Assembly (NCBI RefSeq): GCF_009914755.1
Contig: NC_060927.1
Strand: one strand, 5' to 3'
Source: the human T2T-CHM13v2.0 reference genome, Homo sapiens
Length of the DNA stretch: 64,000 nucleotides
In this document: one piece after another, positions 44,738 to 64,000 of the stretch
How the letters are laid out: each line of letters opens with the position of its first letter
How positions within the stretch are numbered: the stretch's first letter is position 1
Position numbers and translations under genes: made by a program
Notes under the pieces: model-generated
Told to the model about the DNA's origin: nothing
Database searches by the model: none
What the model saw: the letters and a program-made list of their open reading frames with translations, nothing else

Positions 44738-46085
44738 GCCTCTGATGCATGGCAGCTCCTTAAAAATATCAAGTTTATATTAAGGGAATACCACAACACA
44801 TATAGCACAAGCTATTCTAAAGTTTTCTATTTTCAACTTTCAGTTCACAGGAGTAACGGTACCTTTCTTGGAGAGAGTGGATGTTCAAGCTCTGTTAATC
44901 ATTGCTTGTGGTGTGGGGTGGCTCTGCACTGTGCAATATTGTGGGGCAGAGGGCCAGGGGCCTGCACACCGCAGGGGTTCCTGCTCTTCCGGGTGGGAGT
45001 TCAGTCTTGGTGCTGCTTCCTGTTAGGCGAGGTTGCAGGCAGCAAAGGCCACTCATCAGCCAGGCAGTGTCTTGGCTAAGTGTATTCTAAGGAGAAGCTG
45101 CAGGAATGCTTGGCGCTAACCTCAGTGCTTAGAGGAGGACTGTTTACAAACACTTTAGAGGGTTACAGACCACTGATGTGGAATATGAGCATATTGAAGT
45201 TCTGCCCTAAGACTGCTTAGCAAGTCCCTCAGTATCTCTACAAGCATGACTGGGCAAAGTAAAGAAAGAAAAGCCAAGTACATTACCTAAACCTGCTTTA
45301 TTTCTTTGGCTATGAGAAACAGATCAGCTAAGATACTCTTTGAAACTAGTCTTCCTAGTCCTTTTCTGGAGTGGCTATCCCTTTGACAGGCATCCACTGT
45401 GGATGGGCTAATCATCAGTTCCCAGAGCTGTCCTGATTTCTGTGGCACCAGCTTTGGGAGGTAATGGGGGCCTCTCAGTGGGCCAGCTCTTGGATTTGTC
45501 TTGCCATTGATGTATAGCATAAACCCAAACAGCCCACCAGTCCCTGACTTTTCTGCGACCTAGGACATGTGTTTCAGATCCCCAACTTAAATAAAATACA
45601 ACAAACAAGACCGGAAGTGTTATCTCCCAGTTAGTTTCTTCAGCCACAGGCAAGCATAGCCCTTGGTCCCAACAGGAGCATGCACTGCAACCCTGCAGGT
45701 TCCTGTGTAACCCAACAGGGCAATGGCTGGGGCAGGAGCTCAGTGCTTCCCCAAGGATCCCCTTTTCTGGAAGACAGGCCCCTCAGCCCAGCATGGAACC
45801 CCAGCAGTAGCCTGTTCATATTAATAAATTCTGGACCATGGGCAAAGGACAGGAAAGGTTCCAGATTGGTGATATGTTCAACCTGCTACCTCCTGCATGA
45901 GCTATGGCTTGTAGACTAAGAAGGCATCACCTGATCTGTTTATTTTGCTCCAAAAAGGTTTAACATTAACCCATTGTTTAACAACACCAAGCAATTCCAG
46001 ACGCTTCCTCAGGCAAAGTCATTCCTTAAATCCACATTTCTCAAGCTGTTTTCCAGAGATCCAAAATATTTGAAGTATTAAGTGT

Positions 46086-48373
46086 TTTATTAGTCCATTT
46101 TCATGCTGCTGATAAAGACATACCTGAGACTGGGTGATTTACAAGAGAAAGAGGTGTAATAGACTTACAGTTCCACGTGGCTGAAACCTCACAATCATGG
46201 CGGAAGGCAAGGAGGAGCAAGTCACATCTTACATGGAGGGCAGCAGGCATAAAGAGATCCTGTGCAGAGAAACTCCCCTTTTTAAACCATCAGATCTTGC
46301 GAGACTTATTCACCATCACGAGAACAGCGTGAGAAAGACCTGCCCCCATGATTCAACCACCTTCCACCAGATTCCTCCCACAACACATGGGAATTCAGGT
46401 GAAATTTGGGTGGGGCCCCAGCCAAACCACATCATTCCACCCCTGGACTCTCACATATCTTGTGTCCTCACATTTCAAAACCAATCATGCCTTCCCAACA
46501 ATCTCCAAAAGTCTTAACTTATTTCAGCATTAACTCAAAAGTCCATAGTCCAAAGTCTCATCTGAGACAAGGCAAATCTGAGCCGATGAGCCTGTAAAAT
46601 CGAAAGTGAGTTAATTACTTCTCAGATACAATAGGGATACAGGCGTTGGGTAAATATACCCATTCCAAATGGGAGAAATTGGCCAAAACAAGGGGGCTGC
46701 AGGCCCCATGCAAGTCCGAAATCCAGCGGGGCAGTCAAATCTTAAAGCTCCAAAATGATCTCTTTTGACCCCATGTCTCACATCCAGGTCACGCTGATGC
46801 AAAAGGTGGCTTCCCATGGTCTTGCACAGCTCCACTCCTGTGGCTTTGCATGGTACAGCCTCTCTCCCAGCTGCTTTCATGGGCTGGCATTGAGAGACTG
46901 TGGCTTTTCCAGGTGCACGGTGCAAGCTGTCGGTGGATCTACCGTTCTGGGGTCTGGAGGACAATGGCCCTCTTCTCACAGTTCCACCAGGCACTACCCT
47001 AGTGGGGACTCTGTGTGGGGGCTCTGACCCCACATTTCCCTTTCGCACTGCCCTACCAGAGGTTCTGCATGAAGACCCAACCTCTGCAGCAAACTTCTGC
47101 CTGGATATGCAAGCGTTTCTATACACCCTCTGAAATCTAGGTGGAGGTTCCCAAACCTCAATTCTTGTCTTCTACACACTTGCAGGACTAACACCACATG
47201 GAATCTGCCAAGGTTTGGGACTTGCACCCTCTGAAGCTATGGCCTGAGCTCTACGTTGGCCACTTTCAGCCACAGCTGGAGTGGCTGGGACACAGGGCAC
47301 CAAGTTCCTAGGCTGCACACAGCATGGGGACCCTGGGCCTGGCCCATGAAACCATTTTTTCTTCCTAGGCCTCCAGGCCTGTGATGGGAGAGGCTGCTGT
47401 GAAGACCTCTGAAATGCCCTGGAGATATTTTCCCCATTGTCTTGGGGATTAACATTCGGCTCCTCATTACTTATGCAAATTTCTGCAGCTGGCTTGAATT
47501 TCTCCTCAGAAAGTGGGATTTGCTGTTCTATTGCATTGTCAGGCTGCAGATTTTCCAAACTTTTATGCTCTGTTTCTCATTTAAAACAATGCTTTTAACA
47601 GCACCCAAGTCACCTGTTGAATGCTTTGCTGCTTAGAAATTTCTTCTGCCAGATACCCTAAATCATCTCCCTCAAGTTCAAAATTCCACAAATCTCTGGA
47701 GTAGGGGCAAAATGCCACCAGTCTCTGCTAAAACATAGCAAGAGCCACCTTTGCTCCAGTTCCCAACAAGTTCCTCATCTCCATCTGAAACCAGATCAGC
47801 CTGGATTTCATTGTCCATATAGTTATCAGCATTTTGGTCAAAGCCATTCAACAAGTCTCTAGGAAGTTCCAAACTTTCCCACATTTTCCTGTCTTCTTCT
47901 GAGCCCTCCAAGCTGTTCCAACCTCTGCCTGCTACCCAGTTCCAAAGTCGCTTCCACATTTTCAGGTATCTTTTCAGCAACACCCCACTCTACTGGTACC
48001 AATTTACTGTATTAGTCTGTTTTCATGCTGCTGATAAAGACATGCCTGAGACTGGGCGATTTACAGAAGAGGTGTAATGGACTTACAGTTCCACTTGGCT
48101 GGGAAAGCCTCACAATCATGGCAGAAGGCAAGAAGGAGCAAGTCACATCTTACATGGAGGGCAGCAGGCAAAAAGAGAGCCTGTGCAGAGAAACTCCCCT
48201 TGTTAAAAACATCAGATCTCATGAGACTTATTCATCACAGACTTATTCTGTGCTGTCATGAGAACAGCACAAGAAAGACCTGCCCCCATGATTCAACCAC
48301 CTCCCACTGGGTCCCTCCCACAACGTGGGAATTTAAGATGAGATTTGGGCAGAGACACAACCAAATCACATCA
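46086..48373 (-). mobile_element. Full-length THE1 (A/B-type) MaLR LTR retrotransposon: LTR 46086-46434, internal 46435-48007, LTR 48008-48373
   Basis: Two ~350-365-bp direct repeats (t[t/g]tattagtc...cacatca), a ~1.6-kb THE1-int region, and a 5-bp TSD AGTGT at 46081-46085 and 48374-48378. Confidence 0.93.
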
Positions 48374-48653
48374 AGTGTTTTTTAAGAATATGCCAAAACA
48401 GAATGGAAAACACAGCAAGTCAAATTCCCCAGAGCCAGGTCAGCCTCTGAATGGGATTAGGAGTGCCCTCTCTCCCTCCCACTGGCAAGCATCTTGCCTC
48501 AGCCTCCTCTGTTGCTTCCCAAATGGAATGGGAGCTGGTGGCTTAGGTACTTAGAGGTTCTTTACCTTCTGTGTGTCAGGGATGCCTCTGGCAGAGTTGA
48601 GGAGCCTATGGACCCCTCAGAATAATGACTAAGTGCATAAAGTAAGATACAAA

Positions 48654-49005
<352 letters not shown>

Positions 49006-49498
49006 TCAGTTATAAAAACCTAAGAAAAAACAAATTTGTGATGTAGTATTATATGCACTTCTTTGTTAACTCATTAAATAACAAGACTGAGTGGCAGGTC
49101 TATCACCTACCATGCTTTTGAAGTGGGGACATATGAAAGTAATGTTTTAATATGTCCATCACAATTGTAATGAGCTATGAAAATATCTGTGATTTCTATT
49201 GGAATAAAGCTAAAGGTACTGCTAGCACTGTGGCCTATACTCATAATGGAAGAAAAGTACATTTCAGTCAGAGGTTATTGAAAATAAGGATGTCAGTTTT
49301 TCCCACCCAAGTTCATGGAACCCTAAATTGTATCCTTGGATCCTTGGGAAGTGTCTGTGGACTCCAGGTTAAGAATTTAGAGGCCTACTTATGTTTTATC
49401 TCATGCCTGGTCATGTTGGTTCCCTGCGAACATTCACTTGTTTACAGGAGGCAGTATTTGTGCTTAATGTCAGTCTTGACTCTAAGAACTTAGTCTTT

Positions 49499-50993
49499 TT
49501 TTAAAAAATAATTTCAACTTTTATTTTAAATTCAGGGGGTGCACGTGCAGGTTTGTTACATGGGTGTACTGCATGATGCTGAGGTTTGGGATATGAATGA
49601 TCCCAATACCCAGGTAGTGAGCATAGTATCCAATAGACAGTTTTTCAACCCTTGCTCCCCTCCCTTCTTCCTCTTTCTATCCCCAGTGTCTATTGTTGCC
49701 ATCTTTATGTCCGTTACTACCCAATGTCTAGCTCTCACTTGTAAGAGAGAACATACAGTATTTGGTTTTCTGTTTCTGCCTTATCTTGCTTAGGATAATG
49801 GCCTCTGGCTGCATCCATGTTGCTGCAAAGGACATGATTTCATTCTTTTCTATGGCTATGTAGTATTCCATGGTGTATATGTACCACATTTTCTTTATCT
49901 AATCCGCTATTGATGGGCACCTGGGTTGATTCTATGTCTTTGTTATTGTGAATGGTGTACTGCTGAACGTATGAGTTTATGTGTCTTTTTGGTGGAATGA
50001 TTTATTTTCTTTTATATATATACCTAGTAATGGAATTGCTGGGTCAAATGGTAGTTCTGTTTTAAGTTCATTGAGAAATCTCCAAACTGTTTTCCACAGT
50101 GGCTGTACTAATTTATATTCTCACCAACAGTGTATAAAGCATTCCCTTTTCTCTGCGACCACACCAGCATCTGTTGTTTTTTTGACTTTTTGATAATAGC
50201 CATTCTGACTGATATGAGATGGTTATCTCAGTATGGTTTTCTTTTGCATTTCTCTGATAATTAGTGATGTTGAGCATTTTTTCATATATTTGTTGACTGC
50301 TTGTATGTCTTCTTTTGAGAAGTGTCTGTTCATCTCTTTTGCTCACTGTTTAATGGGGTTGTTTGCTTTTTGCTTGTTGAGTTGTTTAAGTTCCTTATAG
50401 ATTCTGGATATTAAATCTTTGTCAGATTGTTTAGTTTGAGGATATGTTCTCCCATTTTGTTTACTCTGTAGAAAGTTTCTTTTGCTGTGCAGAAGTTCTT
50501 TAGTTTAATTAGGTCCCACTTGTCAATTTTTGTTTTTGTTGCCGTTGCTTTTGGGGACTTAGTCATAAATTTTTTGCCTAGGCTGATGTCCAGAATGGTG
50601 TTTCCTAGGCTTTCTTCTAGGTTTCTTATAATCTGAAATTTTACATTTAACTCTTTACTCCATCTTGAGTTAATTTTTGTGTACAATGAAAGGTAAGGGT
50701 CCAGTTTCAATCTTCTGCATATGGTTAGCCAGCTATCCCAGCACCGTTTGTTGAATAGGAAGTCCTTTCCCCATGGTTTATTTTTGTTGACTTTGTTGAA
50801 GATCAGATGGCTGTAGGCATGTGGCTTTATTTCTGAGTTTTCTATTCTATTCCATTGGTCTATGTGTCTGTTTTTGCACCTGTACCATGCTGTTTTGGTT
50901 ACTGTAGCCTTGTAGTATAGTTTGAAGTTGGATAGTGTGATGCCTCTGGCTTTGTTCTTTTTGCTTAGGGTTGCTTTGGGTATTCTGGCTAAG
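49499..50993 (-). mobile_element. 5'-truncated older L1PA/L1PB 3' end with decayed 16-bp TSD
   Basis: ORF2 C-terminal fragments; TAAGAACTTAGTCTTT at 49483-49498 versus TAAGAGCTTAGCCTTT at 50994-51009. Confidence 0.85.
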
Positions 50994-51866
50994 TAAGAGC
51001 TTAGCCTTTAAATGGGCTGAGATAATAAATCAACTTACCCAAGCAAGGTAATATTAATTTTTTTTATTCATGACATACTTTTTGGAATTTTGGAGAACTA
51101 TTGTTCTGCATCTGACAGATCAGAGCATTCTGCCTGTGTTAGAGTTAGGCCCTGAGGTTTTGGAAGCCCTCAGCATTTAGGACAGCATTTAGGGCAAGCC
51201 TGGGATGGTGAGTGCTCTTCTCCTGGGGCTTCTTGGAAGAAGACCAGGTTTGAACAAGCACACTACAGTCTCTGTAGGTCACAATCCCAATGCTTGACAT
51301 GCAGCCTCGTGGGCTGGCTGCATATGATCAGGGAGAAGCTGGACCACTCAGCCATTTCCTCTGCAGAGTTGCAGGGTATGCTACTGTCCTCTGTGGACAA
51401 GGGGCCTATAGCACTATTGGAGGAGCTGGTGCTCTGTGTGCTCCAAGATAATTGCTCACTGCCGAAGTGCAGCTCCTTAGGACTGGGGTGAGAAGAGAGA
51501 TGGAGGAGCGGCTTCTGCAGGGAGACCAGACAGAGCTCAGGTGGGCACAGCTCTAGACAGCAGTCCCAAATCTGTTTTTACAAAGCAATCCAACAGTTTC
51601 TGAGTCTTTCTGAAATCTCAAGATGCATTTTGGATCCTTGACCTAAACTTAAACACTACAAACAAGGCCAAAACTATTATCTAGTGATGTGTCAGACAAT
51701 TATGTCTGTCTGCTGCTGGCATGCTCTGCTGCCTCTCATGCCAAGCTACAGGGTGCCTGCTCCAACAAGAAATATAATTCTTCAAATTAGCATTTCTCAT
51801 TATTTTTTAACACTGGATCTAAAAATATTTGATTAGATTCAAAATTTATCCATAATATTGCTAAGA

Positions 51867-52160
51867 TTTTGTTTTTTTGGTTATAGAGTCCCACTCTGTC
51901 ACCCAGGCTGGAGTTCAGTGGTGCAGTCACGGCTTACTGCAACCTCCACCTCCTGGGCTCAACTGATCCACCTCAGCCTCCTGAGTAGCTGGGACTTCAG
52001 GCACGTGCCACCACACCTGGCTAATTTTTTGTATTTTTTTTTGTAGAGATGGGGTTTTACCATGTTGTCCAGTCTGGTTTTGAACTTCGGGATTCAAGCA
52101 ATCCGCCAGCCTCAGCGTCCCAAAGTGCTGGAATTACAAGTGTGAGCTACCACCACTGGC
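51867..52160 (-). mobile_element. Old Alu (AluJ-like) hosting the alternative last exon
   Basis: Diverged antisense dimer with gtatttttttttgtagag linker. Confidence 0.85.
52047..52145 (+). CDS. CEP63: Alu-derived alternative terminal exon of CEP63: [32 protein letters not shown]
   Basis: T-tract plus TAG acceptor at 52045-52046; phase-0 compatible with the donor at 29267; TGA at 52143-52145; AATAAA at 52244-52249. It matches my recollection of a short annotated CEP63 isoform. Confidence 0.75.
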   Translation, partial: RWGFTMLSSLVLNFGIQAIRQPQRPKVLELQV

Positions 52161-52243
52161 AGTTAAGAATTTTAACAATTTGTCAATGAAACAAGAATCT
52201 CAATTAGAGTCTTTATATACAATCTGTACTGTTGGAATTTTCA

Positions 52244-52249
52244 AATAAA
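52244..52249 (+). terminator. Poly(A) signal for the Alu-derived last exon
   Basis: AATAAA ~100 nt after the TGA, outside the Alu. Confidence 0.65.
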
Positions 52250-52367
52250 TATTGTAAAGAAAATTAACACTATTTTGCCAAAGCTTCTCATCAATACGGA
52301 CTATGAAGAATTTAAAGACTGTCACTAAAAACATCAGGAATTTTCATGCTAGAAAGCTTAAGATAAC

Positions 52368-52988
52368 TCCTTCCTTCCTTCCTTCCTTCATCCCTCCGTC
52401 CCTCCCTCCGTCCCCCTTCCCCTCCCTCCCTGTCTCTCTCTCTCTTCCCTCTTTCCCTCCCTCCCTCCCTCCCTCCCTCCCTTCCTTCCTTCCTTCCTTG
52501 CTTCCCTCTTTCCCCCTCCCTCCCTTCCTCCCTTTCTTCCTTTCTTTCCTTTTTTCTTTCTTTCTTTGGAGACAGGGTCTCACTCTATGGCCCTCTTTCT
52601 CCCTCCCTCCCTCCCTCCCTTTTTTCCTTTCTTTCCTTTCTTCCTTTCTTTCCTTTTTTCTTTCTTCCTTTGGAGACATTGGCTCACTCTGTGGCCCTCT
52701 TTCTCCCTCCCTCCCTCCCTCCGTTTCTTCCTTTCTTTCCTTTCTTCCTTTCTTTCCTTTTTTCTTTCTTCCTTTGGAGACATGGGCTCACTCTGTGGCC
52801 CTCTTTCTCCCTCCCTCCCTCCCTCCCTTTCTTCCTTTCTTTCCTTTCTTCCTTTCTTTCCTTTTTTCTTTCTTTCTTTGGAGACAGGGTCTCACTCTGT
52901 GGCCCTCTTCCTCCCTCCCTCCCTCCCTTTCTTCCTTTCTTTCCTTTTCTCTTTCTTTCTTTGGAGACAGGGTCTCACTCTGTGGCCC
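52368..52988. repeat. Polypyrimidine tract plus minisatellite: five copies of an Alu-end motif, with periods 104, 104, 104 and 83 bp
   Basis: GGAGAA-free motif GGAGACA..G..TCACTCT.TGGCCC starts at 52568, 52672, 52776, 52880 and 52963, separated by near-identical C/T tracts. Confidence 0.92.
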
Positions 52989-53244
52989 AGGTAGGAGTGC
53001 ATTGGCATAATCACGGCTCACTGCAGCTTAGGCATCCTGGCCTCAGGTGATCCTCCCACCTTAGCCTGCTGAGTAGCTGTGATTACAGGTGTCTGCCACC
53101 ACATCTGGCTAATTTTTTAAATTTTTTGTAGAGATGGGGTTTCCCTATGTTGCCCAGGCTGGTCTCGAACTCCTGGGCCCAAGCAATCCACCCTAGGCCT
53201 CCCAAAGTGCTAGGATTACAGGCTTGAGCCACTGTGCTGGGCCA
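52963..53244 (-). mobile_element. AluJ-like element whose tail seeded the minisatellite
   Basis: gagacagggtctcactctgt...cacggctcactgcagc...ttttgtagagatgggg. Confidence 0.88.
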
Positions 53245-54764
53245 TAGGATTTTCATCAAATATTTTTGCAAAGATTGTATTAGAAGTTTCATATAAATGC
53301 AATATTTCTTAATACTTGCATTTTATTTTCATCATCATAATTACATATTGCAGAGAAATGCAATGACTTTTACATGTAAGCCCCCTTAAATTCTCTCCAG
53401 TTTACCCCACAGGTGTAAATATAATTGTTTATGCTTTTCACGGGAAGTCTTCTCTTGAATGTTGGGCCTTTGGATGAAAGAGCCTTGGTGGTGAAGCCCT
53501 GGTATGGTTTCTGGGACATTGCAAGCCAGCCCTTTCTCCTCTTCTTTTATGCTTCCACTAAAATATTTCTGCAGTTAAAATTTATTTTGATTAATGCTTA
53601 AACATACATGGGCTACTCAGAATGACAGTTTATCCATTTATTAATTCATTCATCAAACATTAATCAAGCAAACCCCTCATCTTAGAAGACTGAGTTCCTG
53701 CTATTCCCTGAAGATGCCAGCACAGAAGACACAGATGCCAGCTCCCTTCCTGCTCCAAGAACCTCTGACAAGTGCGCATGGCAGTACTAGTAACACACCT
53801 GTGCCCTTAGCAATTTGTATCACCAATGCTTGAAACCCCAGTGCCCAGGGCAGTGAGGCCCAGTGAAATGAGACTGAGAGCGGAGAGGTAGGGCCTCAAA
53901 GCCAGCTTGCCACTTAGCAGCTGTATGCCCTTGGGCAGTTTCTTCATATGCAGAATGTGGACTATGATCCTAATTCATCAAGGCTGTCACAAGGCCAGGT
54001 GAGATGCTGAAAAGGGAAGACAATAAAAATGCTGTAGATGGAACTCCGTATGTAACTTCAGCCACCCAAGAGGGCAGCTGTAGGAAGGCATCAGGGCAGG
54101 AAGTTGACCCTGGCCTCGGGGTCTGGGAGACAATAGAGGGGCACGCGTGGGGTGACTTGGAGAGCCAGCCCATCCAAAGGGAGGAACTAAAACTTGGCTC
54201 CCTGTGTTCACGGGCTTCTCAGGAAAAGCTGGCTGCTCAATTTTTTAATGCCATTTTCCTGGTTTTCAAATGTTAGCACCAATTAACTTAAAACAAACAA
54301 AAAACAACACTGCGCAGGCCAAACAGTAAAGTTTATAACCTCTGCTCACACTAGTGTTGGCGTAGTAAAGATGTCCTGGGACCATGATGCATTACTGCAG
54401 TTAAGATTCCCAGGAAAGGGAGTGGGGGCCCAGCAGGAGGAGAGCCATCTCCCCTTGTCTGCAGGGCTCCAAACAAGACTGGAGCCACAGAAACTGGCCA
54501 CCCATCATATGTCCCTTCAACCAGAATGGGGCTGTTTTTGCAATAGAGTGCCATCTATAAAGAACCAAAGCCAAAAAACTTCTAGGAAAAAAAAATAGGA
54601 GAAAATTGTGACCCTGGGTTAGGCAAAGCTTCTTTTTAAAAAATAGTAGCATGGATGATTTTTTCTCTTGGATTTAACAAATGTCAACATTTCATCATAT
54701 ATGCTTCACACTTGTATGGAAAAAAAGCTTACCAAAAACTTTTTTGTGGCCTTTTCTAATCCAC

Positions 54765-56398
<1,634 letters not shown>

Positions 56399-57258
56399 CC
56401 CACACCATTTCTTTAGCAGAAACAACTGCTATCCTGGTGATGGTGTTAACACTTGACAACCGTATTTTTGTATGTATACATATTCACAAACAACACATAG
56501 TGTGATTTCATGTATTATAAGAAGTATATAAGGCAACACCATACATGAAATTTGCAACCAGTAAATGAGAACCTTACCAGGTAACTTATATGTTGTCCTT
56601 GGGGTAGGTTTGGTTTATGCAGAGCTGGTTTTTGCACTTTACCGGGAATAATGTGCTTTCCCAGGAATGCTGGGTTTATGTTTAACTTTTAAAAATACCA
56701 AGCTGTTTTCCAAAGTGGCTAAGCTATTTTATATTCTCATCAGCAACATTTGAGGGTTTCAATTTAACCACATCCTCACCAATGCTTGATAGCTGTTAGT
56801 CTTTTAGATTATAACCATTCTAGTGGGTGTGTACTGATAACGCATTGTGGTATTAACTTGCATTTCCATAATGACTAAAGTGAGCACCTTTTCATGTGCT
56901 TATTAGCTATTCATATGTTTTCTTTGGTGAAATGTACATTCAAACCTTCTGCGCAGTTTTTAATTGGGTTGTTTATTTTCATATTATGAAAGGGTAAGAG
57001 TTCTTTATATATTCAACACAGTAATTCTACTGCTAGGTACCTAGAAGTAAGAATATATATCCACATTTGTATGTTGATATAAAGACATCATTCGAATGTC
57101 TATAGTGGCATTACTCATAATAGCCAAAATGTAAATGTTTATCAACTGGTAAATGAATAAAAAATAGTACATCCATGCAAATAATACTATATAGCAATAC
57201 AAAGGAATGAAGTACTCATACATGCTACAACATGGATGAAACACTAAAACACACTAAG

Positions 57259-57574
<316 letters not shown>

Positions 57575-58119
57575 TTATATATTGTATGAATCCATTTATA
57601 TAAAGTCAGGAAGGCAAATCTATAAAGTAGTGGTTGCCTGGGGCTGTGGGTGGGTATGTGGAAGCTTTCTGGGGTAACTGAAATGTTCTAAAACTGGATT
57701 GTGGTGATGGCTGTACAACTCTAAGAATTTACAAAAATTATTAAAATGTGCACTTATACAGAGTGAATTTTATGATCTAAAATTTACATCCCAATAAAGC
57801 TGTTTAAAAACAAACACACAGACAAACAGAAATAATACCAACCATAACTAAATTCATGTAGAAAGTAGAAGAGAATTCTTTTCAACTTTTTCTTTTAGGC
57901 TGGCAAAACCGTGATACCAAAAGCTGACAAAGACATTATTAAAAAAGAAATTTATGGACAAATATTCCTCATGAACACAAATGCAAAAGTCATTAACAAA
58001 ATATTAGCAAATTAAGTCTATTAATAAAGAACAAGCTTAATACATCATGACAATATGGGGTTTATCTCATATGAATTCAAGGTTGATATAACATTTGAGA
58101 AAAAATAGAGTTCACCACA

Positions 58120-58575
58120 TGTGAACGACAGCCCTCCAAAAATATCTATGCCCTAATAATCCCTGCAACCTGTAATTATCTTGCATGTCAAAGGGAAATT
58201 AAGGTGCCAAAGGGAAATTGAGGTAGCCAATGTAATTAATCAGCTAACCTTAAAATATGCAGATTATCATGAATTACCTAGTTGGGTCTCATGTAATCAC
58301 AGGGACCCAAGTGTGGAAGAGGGAGGCAGAAGAGTATCAGAGTGGTTATGAAGATGGATGGGGGCCATGAGCCAAGGAATGCAGGCAGCCTCTAGAAGTT
58401 GTAAAAAATACAAAAACTAATTCTCCCATAGACCTTCCAGGAAAGAACACAGCCCTGTTAACACCCTGAGTATAGCCCAGAGAACCTCATTTTGTACTTT
58501 TGAATATACAGTAAATTTGTGTTAAGTCACTAGCTCTGTGGTAGTTTGTTACAGCAGCAATAAGAAATCAATATA
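58120..58575. mobile_element. MLT1-like MaLR solo LTR
   Basis: Motifs ggccatgagccaaggaatgcaggcagcctctagaag and gtggtagtttgttacagcagcaataagaaa. Confidence 0.65.
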
Positions 58576-58602
58576 CCACATTAACGAAATAAAAAATTAT
58601 AT

Positions 58603-59406
<804 letters not shown>

Positions 59407-59490
59407 TTATATGCCACTAATAATATAGCCTCAGGGAAAAAAAACTGGCAGAAATAGAAGGAAAAGGAAATTATAACTACAGTGGATGGG

Positions 59491-64000
<4,510 letters not shown>

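Noticed and set aside
45610-45619. Perfect ETS/GABPA word ACCGGAAGTG
   Set aside because: A single motif with no CpG island or other promoter evidence; it can arise by chance.
46611-47983. Minus-strand ORFs of 171, 128 and 101 aa
   Set aside because: Broken pieces of the THE1 internal region, not a host gene.
52560-52990. CRISPR-like look: ~26-nt repeats at regular spacing
   Set aside because: The spacers are near-identical low-complexity C/T tracts, the repeat is an Alu end, the DNA is primate and there are no cas genes.
52303-53050. ORFs of 235, 142, 126 and 111 aa
   Set aside because: Artefacts of stop-poor pyrimidine/purine repeats (F/L/P/S or R/K/E/G only).

Overview
Primate (human or great-ape) genomic DNA, not microbial. 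The + strand carries the last 12 coding exons of CEP63 (centrosomal protein 63 kDa), from 9063 to the stop at 38788. I spliced them by hand at GT-AG junctions into one uninterrupted 629-aa coiled-coil reading frame ending ...[13 protein letters not shown]; the 5' exons lie left of the window. An antisense Alu at ~52047 supplies an in-frame alternative terminal exon with its own AATAAA. The rest is transposon-rich: an old L1 with an intact 5' end (1-5549), a young twin-primed 5'-inverted L1PA2/3-like insertion with a perfect 16-bp TSD (31304-33635), a complete THE1 MaLR provirus (46086-48373), an Alu>L1>Alu nest, a long L1PA running off the right edge, about 20 Alus, and L2, MER and microsatellite remnants. 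I found no evidence of a new multi-gene system. The most unusual local structures are a 104-bp minisatellite built from an Alu end, a TSD-flanked micro-copy of a CEP63 exon start, duplicated or alternative splice acceptors, and an Alu layout predicting a stop-free 333-nt circular RNA. Repeat subfamily calls and isoform knowledge are from memory and were not checked against a database.
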